Source: Hydrolagus colliei
Taxonomy: Eukaryota
Assembly (NCBI GenBank): GCA_035084275.1
Contig: JAYJKW010000399.1
Span: 1,612,001 to 1,676,000 of the forward strand
Direction: 5' to 3'
DNA length: 64,000 nt
Below the pieces are notes generated by a model. The model was not told where the DNA came from. It did not search any database and worked only from the letters and a program-made list of their open reading frames with translations. Every line of letters begins with the position of its first letter. Within the stretch, counting starts at the first letter, position 1. Below are positions 25,138-37,300 of this stretch, one piece after another. The translations under genes and the position numbers were made by a program.

Positions 25138-25470
25138 GGGCTCATGTGGCTTATTGGTTAGAGCACTTGACTCGCAAGCTGGGAGAACAAGTTGGGGCGA
25201 TTTATGTTCGTATCCAAGCAGATCAGGGCGAAATCTTGAGCAAGTTTCCTTACTCCACACACCTAATTATAATCCCTCCCAAAATAGCACAACAATAAAA
25301 TTGGTCATTTCAATCAACGGCTGTTTGTGGGTTGCTGCTGTGCGCAATTGGCTATCGAGATTCGTTCACAAATAAACAGTCAATTGATTTTACAATATAT
25401 TCTGTGAATCGCTTTGGGACGCCAATACGATGTGAATAGCACTGCATGAAATGCAAGGATTATTATGTTA
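25138..25470 (+). mobile_element. tRNA-headed SINE with L2-type 3' tail (DeuSINE-like), near full length
   Basis: A-box-like tggttagagcact head, core gctgtgcgcaattggct...gattttacaatatattctgtgaatcgctttgggacg, tail aatgcaaggattatt. Many copies in the window. Confidence 0.75.
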
Positions 25471-28400
25471 ATATTACCATGCTGTACCTTTTATAGTTCT
25501 ATTAAGCAAATTATAGACATTATGCGGATGCACTGGATAATATGCAAATACAAGGATGATAGCGGTGCAGCCTGAGTGGTGGACATAGTCTGTGAGATAG
25601 TGGTAAACTGAGAGTATCAGATGCATTTTGTGAGAGTGAGTTATTGAAACCTTGAGAGAAACAAATGGCGTAGGGAGAGAGAGAAAGTAGGAGCGTGTGG
25701 GAGAAGTACTGACAAAGAGAGATATAGAGTGTGTGAGATGGAGAATTCGAGAGATTCGAGTGTTAGAGAGGTGAGAGCTGGGCCTTGTTTAGTGTTGTAG
25801 GGGCCGCATTGCTTAGGGAAGCAAATGGCCTTGTATTCTTAACCTATACCTCCTCCGCAACCAAGCGGATAATAATTCTTGCTGTTGGCCGATAGTCCTT
25901 CTCAACAACAGGTCAAGTCACTTCATAAAATATACAGTGAAGTGAAATAACTCGTTTTTGTTCTAGTAACGTCCCACAAGCACCCTGGGTGGGAACGACC
26001 AATGTTATTACTGACGGTTGGCACAATCTGTTATTCTGAAGCGAGAATAACAGCTATTCCTGCATCCAGCCATCCTCTCTAGTTTGGAAAAAAAAAATTA
26101 GGATTAAAATTCAAAGTGTGACCTTCTTTTCAATATCCAACTTTACACGTTCATTAGGCAACAGCTGTGAGGCCTTTTGGGATTGGATAACAGTAATTAT
26201 AAAGCTGGCATTTGATTTCGAGCTTTTGATATCTTTTCGATGTCGCAAAGCGCTTCACAGAAGATACTGTAATGTGAATTGATTGTATATTTGTGGGCGA
26301 AACGCGGCAGCTAATTGCGCACAACAGAGTCCCCCATAACGAGTCCTGGGTTGAAAAGATTTTTTTTATTATTGTGTATATTTTAAAGATATTATTGTTA
26401 GGATGCAAGCAGCGTAGGTGGATTAATGCCAACCTTATAAACCTAAGCGATCTTGCATGCAGACAATATCAGTCCCACAAATGGAGCACAGATCATCAGT
26501 CAGCCTGCTCTGCTACTCACTTATCAAACCAAGAGTCTCCAATCCGTGCATCCTATCTGCATCGACTGCCCCCAAAACACCAATTTAAACTGAAGAGTTT
26601 TTGCAATCATTAGGAATCGCTGGTAGATATGGTTCTGATTGTGCAGAGATACCACAATTGGCAACTGGTGCTGATCAGGGAAAACCGTGTCTCCGAGGGA
26701 GTTTTACTGCTTGGATAAATGAAAAATATTTTAGCATAAGATTTCACACTAACTAAATTAATACTCACCCACTGTCAACTGCCTGTATAATTTACTATTG
26801 GTTAACAGCTAAACTCGCGAATTGAAAGGTGCCTTGTTCCTCTCTGCGCTACAGATTTGGTAGTTGGAGACTTTTTCCCCTGTTTGGAGAAACTATAACC
26901 AGGGCTCAAAATCGTAAATTTAGGGTTCAGCCCTTTTTCACTGAGCGTAGTAAATTTACGGAATTCTCTAACACAAAGGGCTGTAGATGCTCATTCTTTG
27001 AAAATATTCCACACTGGGATTCATAGATTTTTTTGGATAAATGGATATTGGGATAAGGCGGGTAAGTGGTCGTAGATAAGAAGTTCAGCTATGATCTTGT
27101 CGATTGGCGTGGCAGGCTCGTGGAGACGAATGGCCTAATCCTGCGCCTAAGCCTCATCTTGTTACGTTCTGTTCCCCATCTTCGACTGTTCTTTGCATTG
27201 AGACGTCCTCTCCACATGACAGGCACAGCATCAAATCTTTTCACAAAAAGCAATAGAGAGGCCGGCAGTTTGTAGCTCAGCAGTGGAAGTATACTGCAGA
27301 ATTTCATTATATAAATATACGAATATTTCAGCAATGGATACATGTACAGTATCGCAGCGTTTACTGGCATCATCATCAATCAGAATGATGAATTCTAATT
27401 CGGATCTTTTCTGATTCGATTTACATTATTCAGAAATGTAAATTATTTTCACTTAAAATGTAACTTTTATGAATTTGAGTAAAACCATACAATTATCACA
27501 GAATACAGAACTTTAAGGAGTATGTGAGTGCGAGAGAGAGAGAGAGAGAGCGAGAGAGAATTAAAGGCAGAGACAGAGAAAGAGATAGTCAGCCACGTAG
27601 AGCATGGTAAAGGGAGACAGAGAATGAGTCAGTTGGTGTGTGGAGGAGAGCGATAATGAGATGGAAAGATAGCGTGAGAGATGTCCACACGTGGAAATAG
27701 AAGCATACATAGACTTGAGAAATAATAAATGTGGCAGGTTTTCTTTTCTGTTGAAAAGCCGGTGAAGAGTGCATAGCTGACTTGATGTGATTAGTGAAAT
27801 GCACGTATATCTACCTACAGGGAAACCACAGAGATCACAGCTCAGACTCTTTATCACACCTATTTTAGCACTTTAAGCTGCTCACAGGTTTTCTATTTGT
27901 ACGTTCAAAATTTGAGTCAATGTCCAACAAATAAACGAGAAATTGGGGGAGGGGAAGGCGTATCTGCTTATGATCAGGGTTCGTGTAAATTTAGCATATG
28001 TGTTTGGGCCCGAGTGTTCTCGACATGAAAGTTGCTTTGCAAATGTAATTTTAGTGATGATGTTGTTAGTTGTTAGGTTCACGAATATAATAATAAATAA
28101 CAATAATCCTTTCACTTATATAGCGCTTTGCACGTCTTATCGATGTCTCAAAAAGCTTTACAGAAATTTAAAAAATTCCCAAGGTAGGGACCAGAGCCGG
28201 GCGGGAGTTGTCGCGGTAGGGAAAAGAAAAGGAGGGAGAAAGGAGGGGTAAGAAGTAGGGAGGGACCAGAGCAGGGAGGGAAGGGTCGTGGTTGGGGGAA
28301 GGCAAGTAGGAAAATTGACGACACATTTGTGGGAGGAACAGAGAGATTTATTACATAGTGTGGGACGACATATTCGCAACATCTCAAAAACCTTTTGAAT

Positions 28401-28968
28401 GATACTCTACACAATATACTGACTGTGTGATATTAATAATATTATTGCATTTGATGTTGTGGTTTTCATGTCTGCCAGTCGTCTCAAAGAGTTTCACAGC
28501 ATGTACTATCAAGCGGATTGATTGCAGATTTGTGGCCCAAATCTGGAAAACTACTATGCACTATAGTATCCCACATACTTTTGTCGTTCCGCTGACCAAT
28601 GAGTCGTTATAATATTTTATTTATGGTGGAATAACTTCCACTCTAATGCGGTCTTACAATCCGCGAGCTAGTGCGATGGATTTATAATTAGCTAAGCAAG
28701 TCAGCAAGGCCATTTGAGAGAAGCATCCACATTTGCATAATATTTCTGTCTCCGCGGGGTCGATCACAGTTCCTCAAGTCTGCGAGGTGCATGTTTTCCC
28801 ACCACTGGCGCAACATTGCCAGACTACCTCGTAGCTACAAAACGCTAATCCATGCATTCATCAAACATTGGCTCGACTCTCTCCTTTTCGGCTTTGCCTG
28901 CTTGCTTCACATGCTTCAGATTATTCTCTCATTCTCTTTCTCATACACATCCTGCCTTTTATAATATG

Positions 28969-28969
<1 letters not shown>

Positions 28970-29015
<46 letters not shown>

Positions 29016-29052
29016 CTCACTCTCACTCTCTCTCTCACACACACACACACAC
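28970..29052. repeat. (CT)n/(CA)n microsatellite
   Basis: Directly visible. Confidence 0.95.
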
Positions 29053-31074
29053 GCATGGTGCAGCTATCTCTCAATTGTTTTCCCTCCATCACTCTCTCTG
29101 GCCCTCTCGCTCGAGGTAATCAATAGAAGCGCAGCTTCTGCTTTTTTTCAATCCTCGACAGTTTGTTGTCATACTGATGTGTGCAATTGTCTGCTGCGTT
29201 TCGCCCACAGATGTAGTCAATGCACAATGTATTCTGTGCAGCGCTTTGAGACATCTATGAGATGTGAACAGCGCTATATCAAATGCAGGGATTTTTATTA
29301 CTGCATTCTTATGACAATCTAAGCAAACATACATTCAAACAAAGTAAAATGAATAAACATAACAGCACAGTTTGTGTAACGGAGATTTTATTCTCTGAAT
29401 TTCTCTGGACAACTGCTCTTGCGTGTGGCGGGCGAAGGGGCGTGCAGGCAGGCAGGGACGAATGATACAAAAAAGATTGACAGACAGACAAGCACATTTT
29501 GTTATCTGTTTGCAGTTGTTGGTGGTTTCCAGATGTTTTGATGCCGTGATGAGCTGAATTACAAATGTATCAGTACAGAGGCACACTGCAGAGGTCAGTT
29601 TTCATATCTCAGTCGCTTTATCTCAACTCTTTTTCTTCGGTCAGCTTCTCAGATACTGCGTTTTAGTTTGTCTCCTTTTGTTGATTTCCGCCAAGTAAAT
29701 CAAAAATGTAAGTGAGGAGGCTCAGTGTTTGTGTACAGATGCGGTCCAGGTTGATTTTTGTTAGGGTTAGGGAGCGAGCTGGGAAGAAGGTCAGAGCCAT
29801 GCTTCGGGATAACATTTGTGGCTCTGATAAGGCATGAGATCTTCAAGACATAACAAAAAGCTTCACAGTTTCCACGATAAAGTGAGTTGACTGTATGTTT
29901 TGTGAGCTGCTCCTTGTGATGATCTGTGTTAAGTTGCCAGGATCCCACAGGGTGGCAAGATTGTATGCATTATGAAATCATTGTATCATCCATGCTCCAA
30001 GATTTAGGTCTTTCAGCACATTGAAACGGAGACAGAACCAGTCCTAACTTTCAACTATTTACCAATTTAACTGTCAAGGCCATTCACGACGTTGCCCCCC
30101 TTATCTCTCCAACCTGCTGCTTTCTTATAAGCCTTTGCGTCCCCTCCTTTCAGCGGGCAGTAACTTGCTCCACGTCGCCCACCCCATCTGCCCTACCATC
30201 GACGGTTGGGGTCTCAACCTCCCTGCCCCCACATTCATCCCGCAATCATTTTTCCCCATTTCCTTCCTTTTCTGCTTCACGGCCGGTCTCAAGACATTCC
30301 TCTTCGAGGGTACCTTCTGTTCCCCTCCTGAATATCCCCACTTTCCTACTTGCCTTAGCAGTAACCCTCCCCCACACCGCCACCGCACACCCTCCACCCC
30401 TCTCCTACCTTCTCGGGTGCCGACCTAAATTGGGACGCCCTCCCGACGTGAAAGGCGCTCTGTGGTTTCTGTTGTTGCATAGCGTTGCCAATGTATCCTC
30501 TTGAATTACGTTCATCTACGCTAGAATTCGCAACCCTTTCCATTTTCAAGTAGCTTTCTAAATCCCCTTTGAATGTTTTTATAGAAGCTGTTTCCACCAC
30601 ACTTTCAGAGAGTGTGTTTTCTACGTGCATAACTTGAGATGTAAAGAAAATCTGCTTCTCCTGTGTCCACTCCGCTGCTTTTGCCATTGATCTTTGTCAT
30701 TGGGGATAATAAAAGTGGAACAAAGATTCTATCTAGCTACTTCTTCAAATCGCTTAAAAATTTGATGACTAAATCCACTAAACCTTCACGTAAATTCACG
30801 AACCTAATATGACCAATCTCATGTTTTCGCGTGTCTCCACATAACTGCAGTCACTCAACCCAGGTATCATGCGGGTTAATCTTCGGTACATAATTTCAAA
30901 GTTCTTCATATCCTATTTGGACTTGTGGGTCACTGCTGGAGTCCAATGCGCTAAAGCAACACTTGTTCTCTCCTGTGGACACAGAGCTTCAACGGTTAAT
31001 ATTAAATGACGGATTATAGTGGGCGGGGTTGCAGATATTTAAGTTGTTGTTACACTAAAAGACATCATCAGCTG

Positions 31075-31261
31075 TGCTGCTTTCCTGAGATCCAGTGCAC
31101 AGACCCTGTCTACGTGTTACAGGGAAGTTCGCGTTTGTGGATCACGGAACTGAGCGATCGCCACAAGAGTTGGCCCGAACATCTCCACCATGTTGTTTAT
31201 ATCCAAGTCTGCGGAAAATACCTGCCCCCATCACCAAGACACAGACACGCGCTTCCAAGCT
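31075..31261 (+). promoter_or_regulatory. Putative gene B promoter
   Basis: Directly upstream of the signal-peptide exon. Contains ETS-like cores (tttcctg, gggaagt, gcggaaa) and a TATA-like tttatat near 31195. Positional inference only. Confidence 0.35.
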
Positions 31262-31310
31262 ATGCTACTTTACAGCTCCGTATCCATCCTCAAGCTGTTT
31301 CTCCTGTTCT
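31262..31310 (+). CDS. Gene B signal-peptide exon (MLLYSSVSILKLFLLF)
   Basis: ATG, 16 mostly hydrophobic codons plus 1 nt, gtgagt donor. Phase 1 matches the next exon. Confidence 0.7.
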
Positions 31311-34300
31311 GTGAGTATTGTTAATAACCCAAACAATGACTTCATCCCACAGCATCATGTTTGACCGTCAACTGTCGTTCACCCTCACATCGCTGCTGTA
31401 GTCCACTCTGCCTGTCTCTATCTGCACGTAGACCACCCCATCATAGGCGGGATGGCCGTCAGTGTCTCTGCGCCCACCATCTGAAACTCCATCCCAAAGT
31501 TGCTGAAACTCGCCCACTCGCTTCTGCCACCCTATTAGCCCTACATTCTCTTCTTAACACCTGTCCTGAAATCAACCACCAGCTCTGGTGCAAATCTCCA
31601 GCTATCCACCGCGGGACGTCCTGTTGTTGTGAAATATACTACGTAAAGTAATTTTGTCTTATTATCCCGGAAAGAATGAAGGATAAGATGCGTGGGGGAT
31701 AAACGACGGAGACAGATGAGCGAGGGGGAGAGTAGATAGCAGAGAAGAGGAAATAGATCGGAGATCGCTAGCGATTAGATATCAGATTGGAGACAGCATA
31801 GAGGGAGGCAAAAGAGGAGTGAGAGGAGAGAGAAATGCACATAGAGGGAGAGAGAGAGTAGAACAGGAGAGAAATAGGGGAGAGAGGGAGAGAATAGAGA
31901 TAAGAGAAGATATACTAGAAAGGATGGAGGAGAAACCAGAGGACAGAGGAGATGATAGAGGACTTTCTGATTCTGAGCTGTCACCAAACATATCATCTCC
32001 GAGACTTGTGCGGGAGAATATTGCAGATCATCTCCCCGATAGTGTGAATTGCCGTATTAATGATTCTAGCTTTTTTATGTTGTTTTTTTTCCTTGTACAG
32101 GGATATTTCTGGAGAGAATAATGGTGCAGTCTGCGGGTCATGACATGAACTCACAGCCAGAAGCTGTTGTTGGAACATTAGCTCCTACGAGTGAGTCTTG
32201 GCGTCTCTTTACCTACATCTAGAGAGTGGGGAAATAAATCATCACATAATGTACAGGCCACGCTATTAAAGCTTATTAGATTGTCGCTCGTGGCACTTTA
32301 TTCTCCCATCGATGGCTGAGCTATCAGCTTCTACATTTCAAAACTCTGGAATATTCTATCTCTTTCCCTCCATATAGGCAGCTTTGGCTGTCTGCGTCAC
32401 ATTGACTCTTCAAATGCAATTTGATTTTCTTCTTGTAGCCGTGGCAGCTGTATGTCTAGGTTTAAAGAAGTTGTTTGGTGGGTTGAAAATGAGAGCTTGA
32501 TAGAAAATGTACGATATTGACTGGGTTCCTCAGAGCTGCCGCCAGGAAAGATTAGCTCTCAATTCGCGGAGCTGTGAGGCTATGACCTGTATCAATTTGC
32601 ACTGTTCAATATCTTTCTCTCTGTGTTTATGTATAAGAATATACGCACATAAGAAGTAGTAGTAGGCCATTCGGCCCTTTTAACCTGCCCCAACATTCAA
32701 TCATGGTTGATCTTCCAGTCTAACTCCACCTGATCCCCACCACTTATTCCATTTATCAATGAGAAATCCATCTATCTCAGTCTTGAGTGTGTTCAAGCAC
32801 TGAGCATCAACGGTCCTTTTTGGTAAAGAATTCCATACATTCACTGAACTCTGAGTGAAGAAATTTTTTCTCAACTCAGTGCGGAAGGTCTGACACACTA
32901 CTACGTAACTTGCCATGAAACATTCTAGAGCTGCCAATTACGCTATTAAAATGATATTGTCTGTGTGTATCTGTGGATTTGCCAATAACCGAATACCTGA
33001 CTTGAAAATATAATGTATACCATAACGGAAAAGTCTTGCTAGGACACATGCTAAGGTCACATTTGGCTTCTAGGATCTCATATGTTTCATCAGCTATATT
33101 TCAGTTGACAATATTTATCTGAAAAATAGTTTATTCTGTAAGCTAATATTTTTTAAATATCACATACCGTTCTAGAGCGATATATCTTATTAATATGTTG
33201 TGCAGCAAATTAAAAATCATCGGTGTATAATTACGTGGGATCTCCTATCGTACTAATAATTGAATTTAAAACATAGTAGTTCAATAAATAGTATAACATT
33301 TATTGTGAGTTATAATCATGTCAAGTATATAGTACAATTTCTTAAAACGTAATAAAATATTAATCCACCAATTTGATTCAGTGCTTCCGTGTCTTCTAGA
33401 TATCTTGAAGAGCTATAACTGTATGCTATAAATTTTACTGCCTGCATTATTTTCGTGAAAAGAGTTATAGCCAATGGCGCACATCAGTGGTCTGACACAA
33501 ACAGTCATGGATTGACGTGACCAATTTTATATTTGTTTTTCCCTTAAATATAATATAACGTATAATAATATGAAGTACAAGTACTTAGTATAGTATAATT
33601 TATAATAAGGAACTATAATTTATGATCATATGTCAAATAAATTAATATACAATATAACAATCACTTACGAAGCTTGATAATCGAATATAACATATGAAGA
33701 AACGTACAGTATCGTATTATATTGCAATGTATTGCAATACAAAATCTTATAACATAAAGTTTAATGACACTGCAATCTTTGTTCCATGGTATATTATTTG
33801 GTTGCAAACGTAAGTGAAACGTGTGCAGCTCACCAAGGAATAAACTGCGTCTGTTATTGAGGCACCCAGAATGTGGACTGTATATTGCAATCAGTCACTG
33901 CTACCATTATAGTCATTATTATCGTTGTTGTACAGTTTATGACGCAGACACTCTCCCAATGAGTAAGGCACAGGTGCAGTTTATTGTATACTGGTTGACT
34001 TGAAGTCAAAGAAGAGACAGACTATCAATATCTTGTGTGATATGCTACAGGGAGAATGAGACTGGCGAATGGAGGCAGCACGTGTGCTGGGAGAGTAGAG
34101 ATTCGCCACGATGGACGGTGGGGGACAGTGTTTAACTCTGGCTGGGATATAAAGGACGCGGCTGTGGTGTGTAAGGAGCTGGGCTGTGGGGAGGCAATGT
34201 CAATACCAGGAGGAGCTCACTTTGGGAAAGGATTAGGTCTCGTTGTGACGTTTGATGTTCAGTGCAGAGGCAATGAGTCTACTCTGAGGGAATGTCCCTC

Positions 34301-37300
34301 AGATCCCTGGAGTCACTATCTCGCATCAGACGACAATCATGCCGCCGTCATCTGCTCAGGTAAGTAACTCTGTGTCTGATCATTTTCTCGTTCAATCGGG
34401 GTGGGTTGGAGGCAAGTAGGGTGGTGAGCACTGGGTGGGGCGCACAGTGAATATATTAGGCATTGTGAACACAGAGAGTTATGACTGCAGGGGTTTGAAC
34501 AGAGACGGCAACACAAGGGCGGGTGACTACGCAGCAACCTTCAAACATCGCTCCCCCATTACCCCAGTCCTTGGCAGACTTCACTGGCTCCCTATCCCAC
34601 TGAGGATCGACTTCAAGATCATCACCCTTGTTTTCAAATCCCTTCACTTGCCTATCTCTCTGATCTCTTCTCCCCCCACCCAGCACCCACTGCCTGCGCT
34701 CTTCTGGGTCTGGCCTCCTCCATGTTCTCCGAATCCTCCGCCGCACCCTCGGCGATCTGCCTTCCGTCACTGCACCCCGAGGCTCTGGAACTCCCTTCCT
34801 CACTCCCTTCGCCTCGCCTCCCCTCTTCCCAGATTCAGGTCACAGCTGAAGACCTTTCTGTTCCAGCGCGCTTTTGGTCACCTTTCTGCCCCTGCCCCTG
34901 ACTCGGTCCCGCGATCCGCTATTCTGAAGCACTCTGAGACGCCGTCCGGCGTGATAGCGCTATATAAATCGAAGCTATTTTTGTCGTACACAGAGTGACT
35001 CTATGGACGAGGCGTGCGTGAGCACAGAGGAAGGGGCTGAGAATAGTGTATACAGTGGTGAGGCAGACCACCATGCCAACGCTGATCACAGTAGGAGGTG
35101 CTGAGAAATGGGGGAATGACTGAGCACTCGTGGGTGCCAGATTACATGGGGGAGGATGAGGACCGAGGGAGGGATCGAGATGACCAACGTGGGAAGAGAG
35201 GAGACAATTGGATGGGTTTCAATGCAGGTTGAAAGGATGAGATAATGTGGGTGACTGTGTGCGAGGCTGAGCGCTTCCGGAGAGGCTCAGTATAATGCTT
35301 GAGCCGATGAACAACAGCGACAGCATATAATTAAATAGTGCCCTCAACGACGTGTAGCATCTAAGAGCGCTTAACAAGGGCAGTGTCTGACTCTGAGCCA
35401 GTGCACGGTGGGGAGGTGACCGCAACATCGAAGACTCACTTATCCCCAGTACACAGTGATCCCAAACAGTGAATCTCTTCAGGGTCACACTGCACCCCAG
35501 CTCACACTGTACACCAGCTTCCAGCTCACACAAGTCGGCCAATCACACTGTCCCCCAGCTCACTCTCACCCCCGAGCTGATCCTGACTACAGCTCACACT
35601 GACCGTGGTTTAAAGACAGTCCACAATTCTACCTCTTAAAAAAACCTGAGGCACAAACAATCAAACAGACGGTCGTTGGCGATCATGATTTTCATTATCA
35701 CAGTACAAATCCAAGCGTGTATTCGTGAGATCATTTTTGTTGCTTTAATTCCAGGTTCACTGCAGAAACCCACTATAAACCTGAAGACGGATTTCTCGGT
35801 GTTTGTGAGAGGAGAAATAGCTGAGATCTCGTGTTCTGGGAATCAACTTGGCAGCAATTTTTCTTTCTATAGAAACGATCAATTTATTACATCACAGCAA
35901 GCTCCAGAGAATAAAACCACGGCCAGGTTCATCTCATCGGAGATCAGTACAGGGAGCTACTGGTGTAAATATACTACACACGTAGAGAGCCGAGACTTCA
36001 CATCACCAGAGAGCAAGCGAGTGGACGTCTCCCTGCTGGGTACGAGCGAGAGCCTGGACGCTTTCCAACCTTTAAAACCTCAATCATTAACCCTCTTGTG
36101 TTTTGATCAGTTTGAACCTGACGTGAAAGGCGCTATACACGTTTTCACATTTTTGTTGTTGTTGGTGGTGTAAGGATAATGCTTGCATTTCATACCTCTT
36201 TGGAGCGACGACTGAAATTATTTCAAATCACAAAGTGGATTGAATGTATATTTTTGAGTGGAGTGCGGCAGCTAGTTGATCAACGCAATCAACAGGGATG
36301 GAGATGGTGACCACACTGCTACTATTTTGGAGGGAATATCAACCCCCAGAAAAAGGATGTACCGTTCAAATAACTACCATATTGTTATTTACTGCTAGAC
36401 AATTAGAGAAGTGTGCACCAAACAATCATTGCCAACGTACCACCCATCCAGTAATCAGACCGAATAATTATTGGTGCTAATGATGCTAAATGGATCATTT
36501 TCTTCCATCAGCGAGTAATTATTTGAAATAAATTTTGCATTACATTAGTAATCCTAATAACGATCATATTGTATGTAAGGAAAACGCTTCAATATCGGGG
36601 ACTATTATTTCTTGGCAACCATGACATCAATTTCACACAATAACAACAAATTGCGCATACGATTCTAGGCAACGCACTACCAGCGGTGACGCAGTAAATT
36701 ACTATCAAATATCAACTGTTCCTTTCACCTCACGGATATCCCAAAGTGCGAAACAGTCCGGGCCTTGATCCGGAGCTGGGTATTGCGACTGGAATTTGGG
36801 TGAGCCTGGAGCTAGGGAGCTGGGTTGAATTGGTGTGGTAGGCTGTCAAACTATTTCCAAAGTGTGGCGAAAAAGTAGATGCTGAGTCAGGCCTTGAAAG
36901 AGTGGAGAAATGTATGTACTCAGAGGGTCTCCCTTTTGGACATCTAAAGTGGCTAAGTGGCTAGATGCTGGATTGGCTATAATGGGGTCGGAACGGCGGG
37001 AGCTTTAGTGCTGTAGTGACGATGGCGCGAGGTGAAGCAGGTCTGAGTGAAGACAGTTGTGCGGATGGAGGGGGTGGGGAGGGGGGGTCGGAGATGCGGG
37101 GTTACTGTATGTCACAAACGACGAGTGGAGGAGATAATGTGGAGAGATATAAAGCTGACAAAAAGGGCCGTAAAATCATTCGCCTGGACCTGACAGTCCA
37201 AATTTCCCATTTTGTCTGAAGCATTGTTGATCACGACAGCTAGTCGAAATACTATTCAGTTTCAAAGAGAGCTATGGGATGCTTAATATCTGCCTGAACA

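Noticed and set aside
25138-25200. tRNA-like sequences (also about 48361, 53276, 55375, 59970, 60745)
   Set aside because: They have A/B-box-like motifs but no complete cloverleaf, and several continue into the SINE body; they are SINE heads, not tRNA genes.
31775-32121. E/R-rich and S/L-rich ORFs over GA-rich tracts (also 16025-16937, 22075-22705)
   Set aside because: Translation artefacts of purine-rich simple sequence.
33000-33800. Very AT-rich stretch in gene B intron 2
   Set aside because: No periodicity, ORF or terminal repeats visible; treated as ordinary low-complexity intron.
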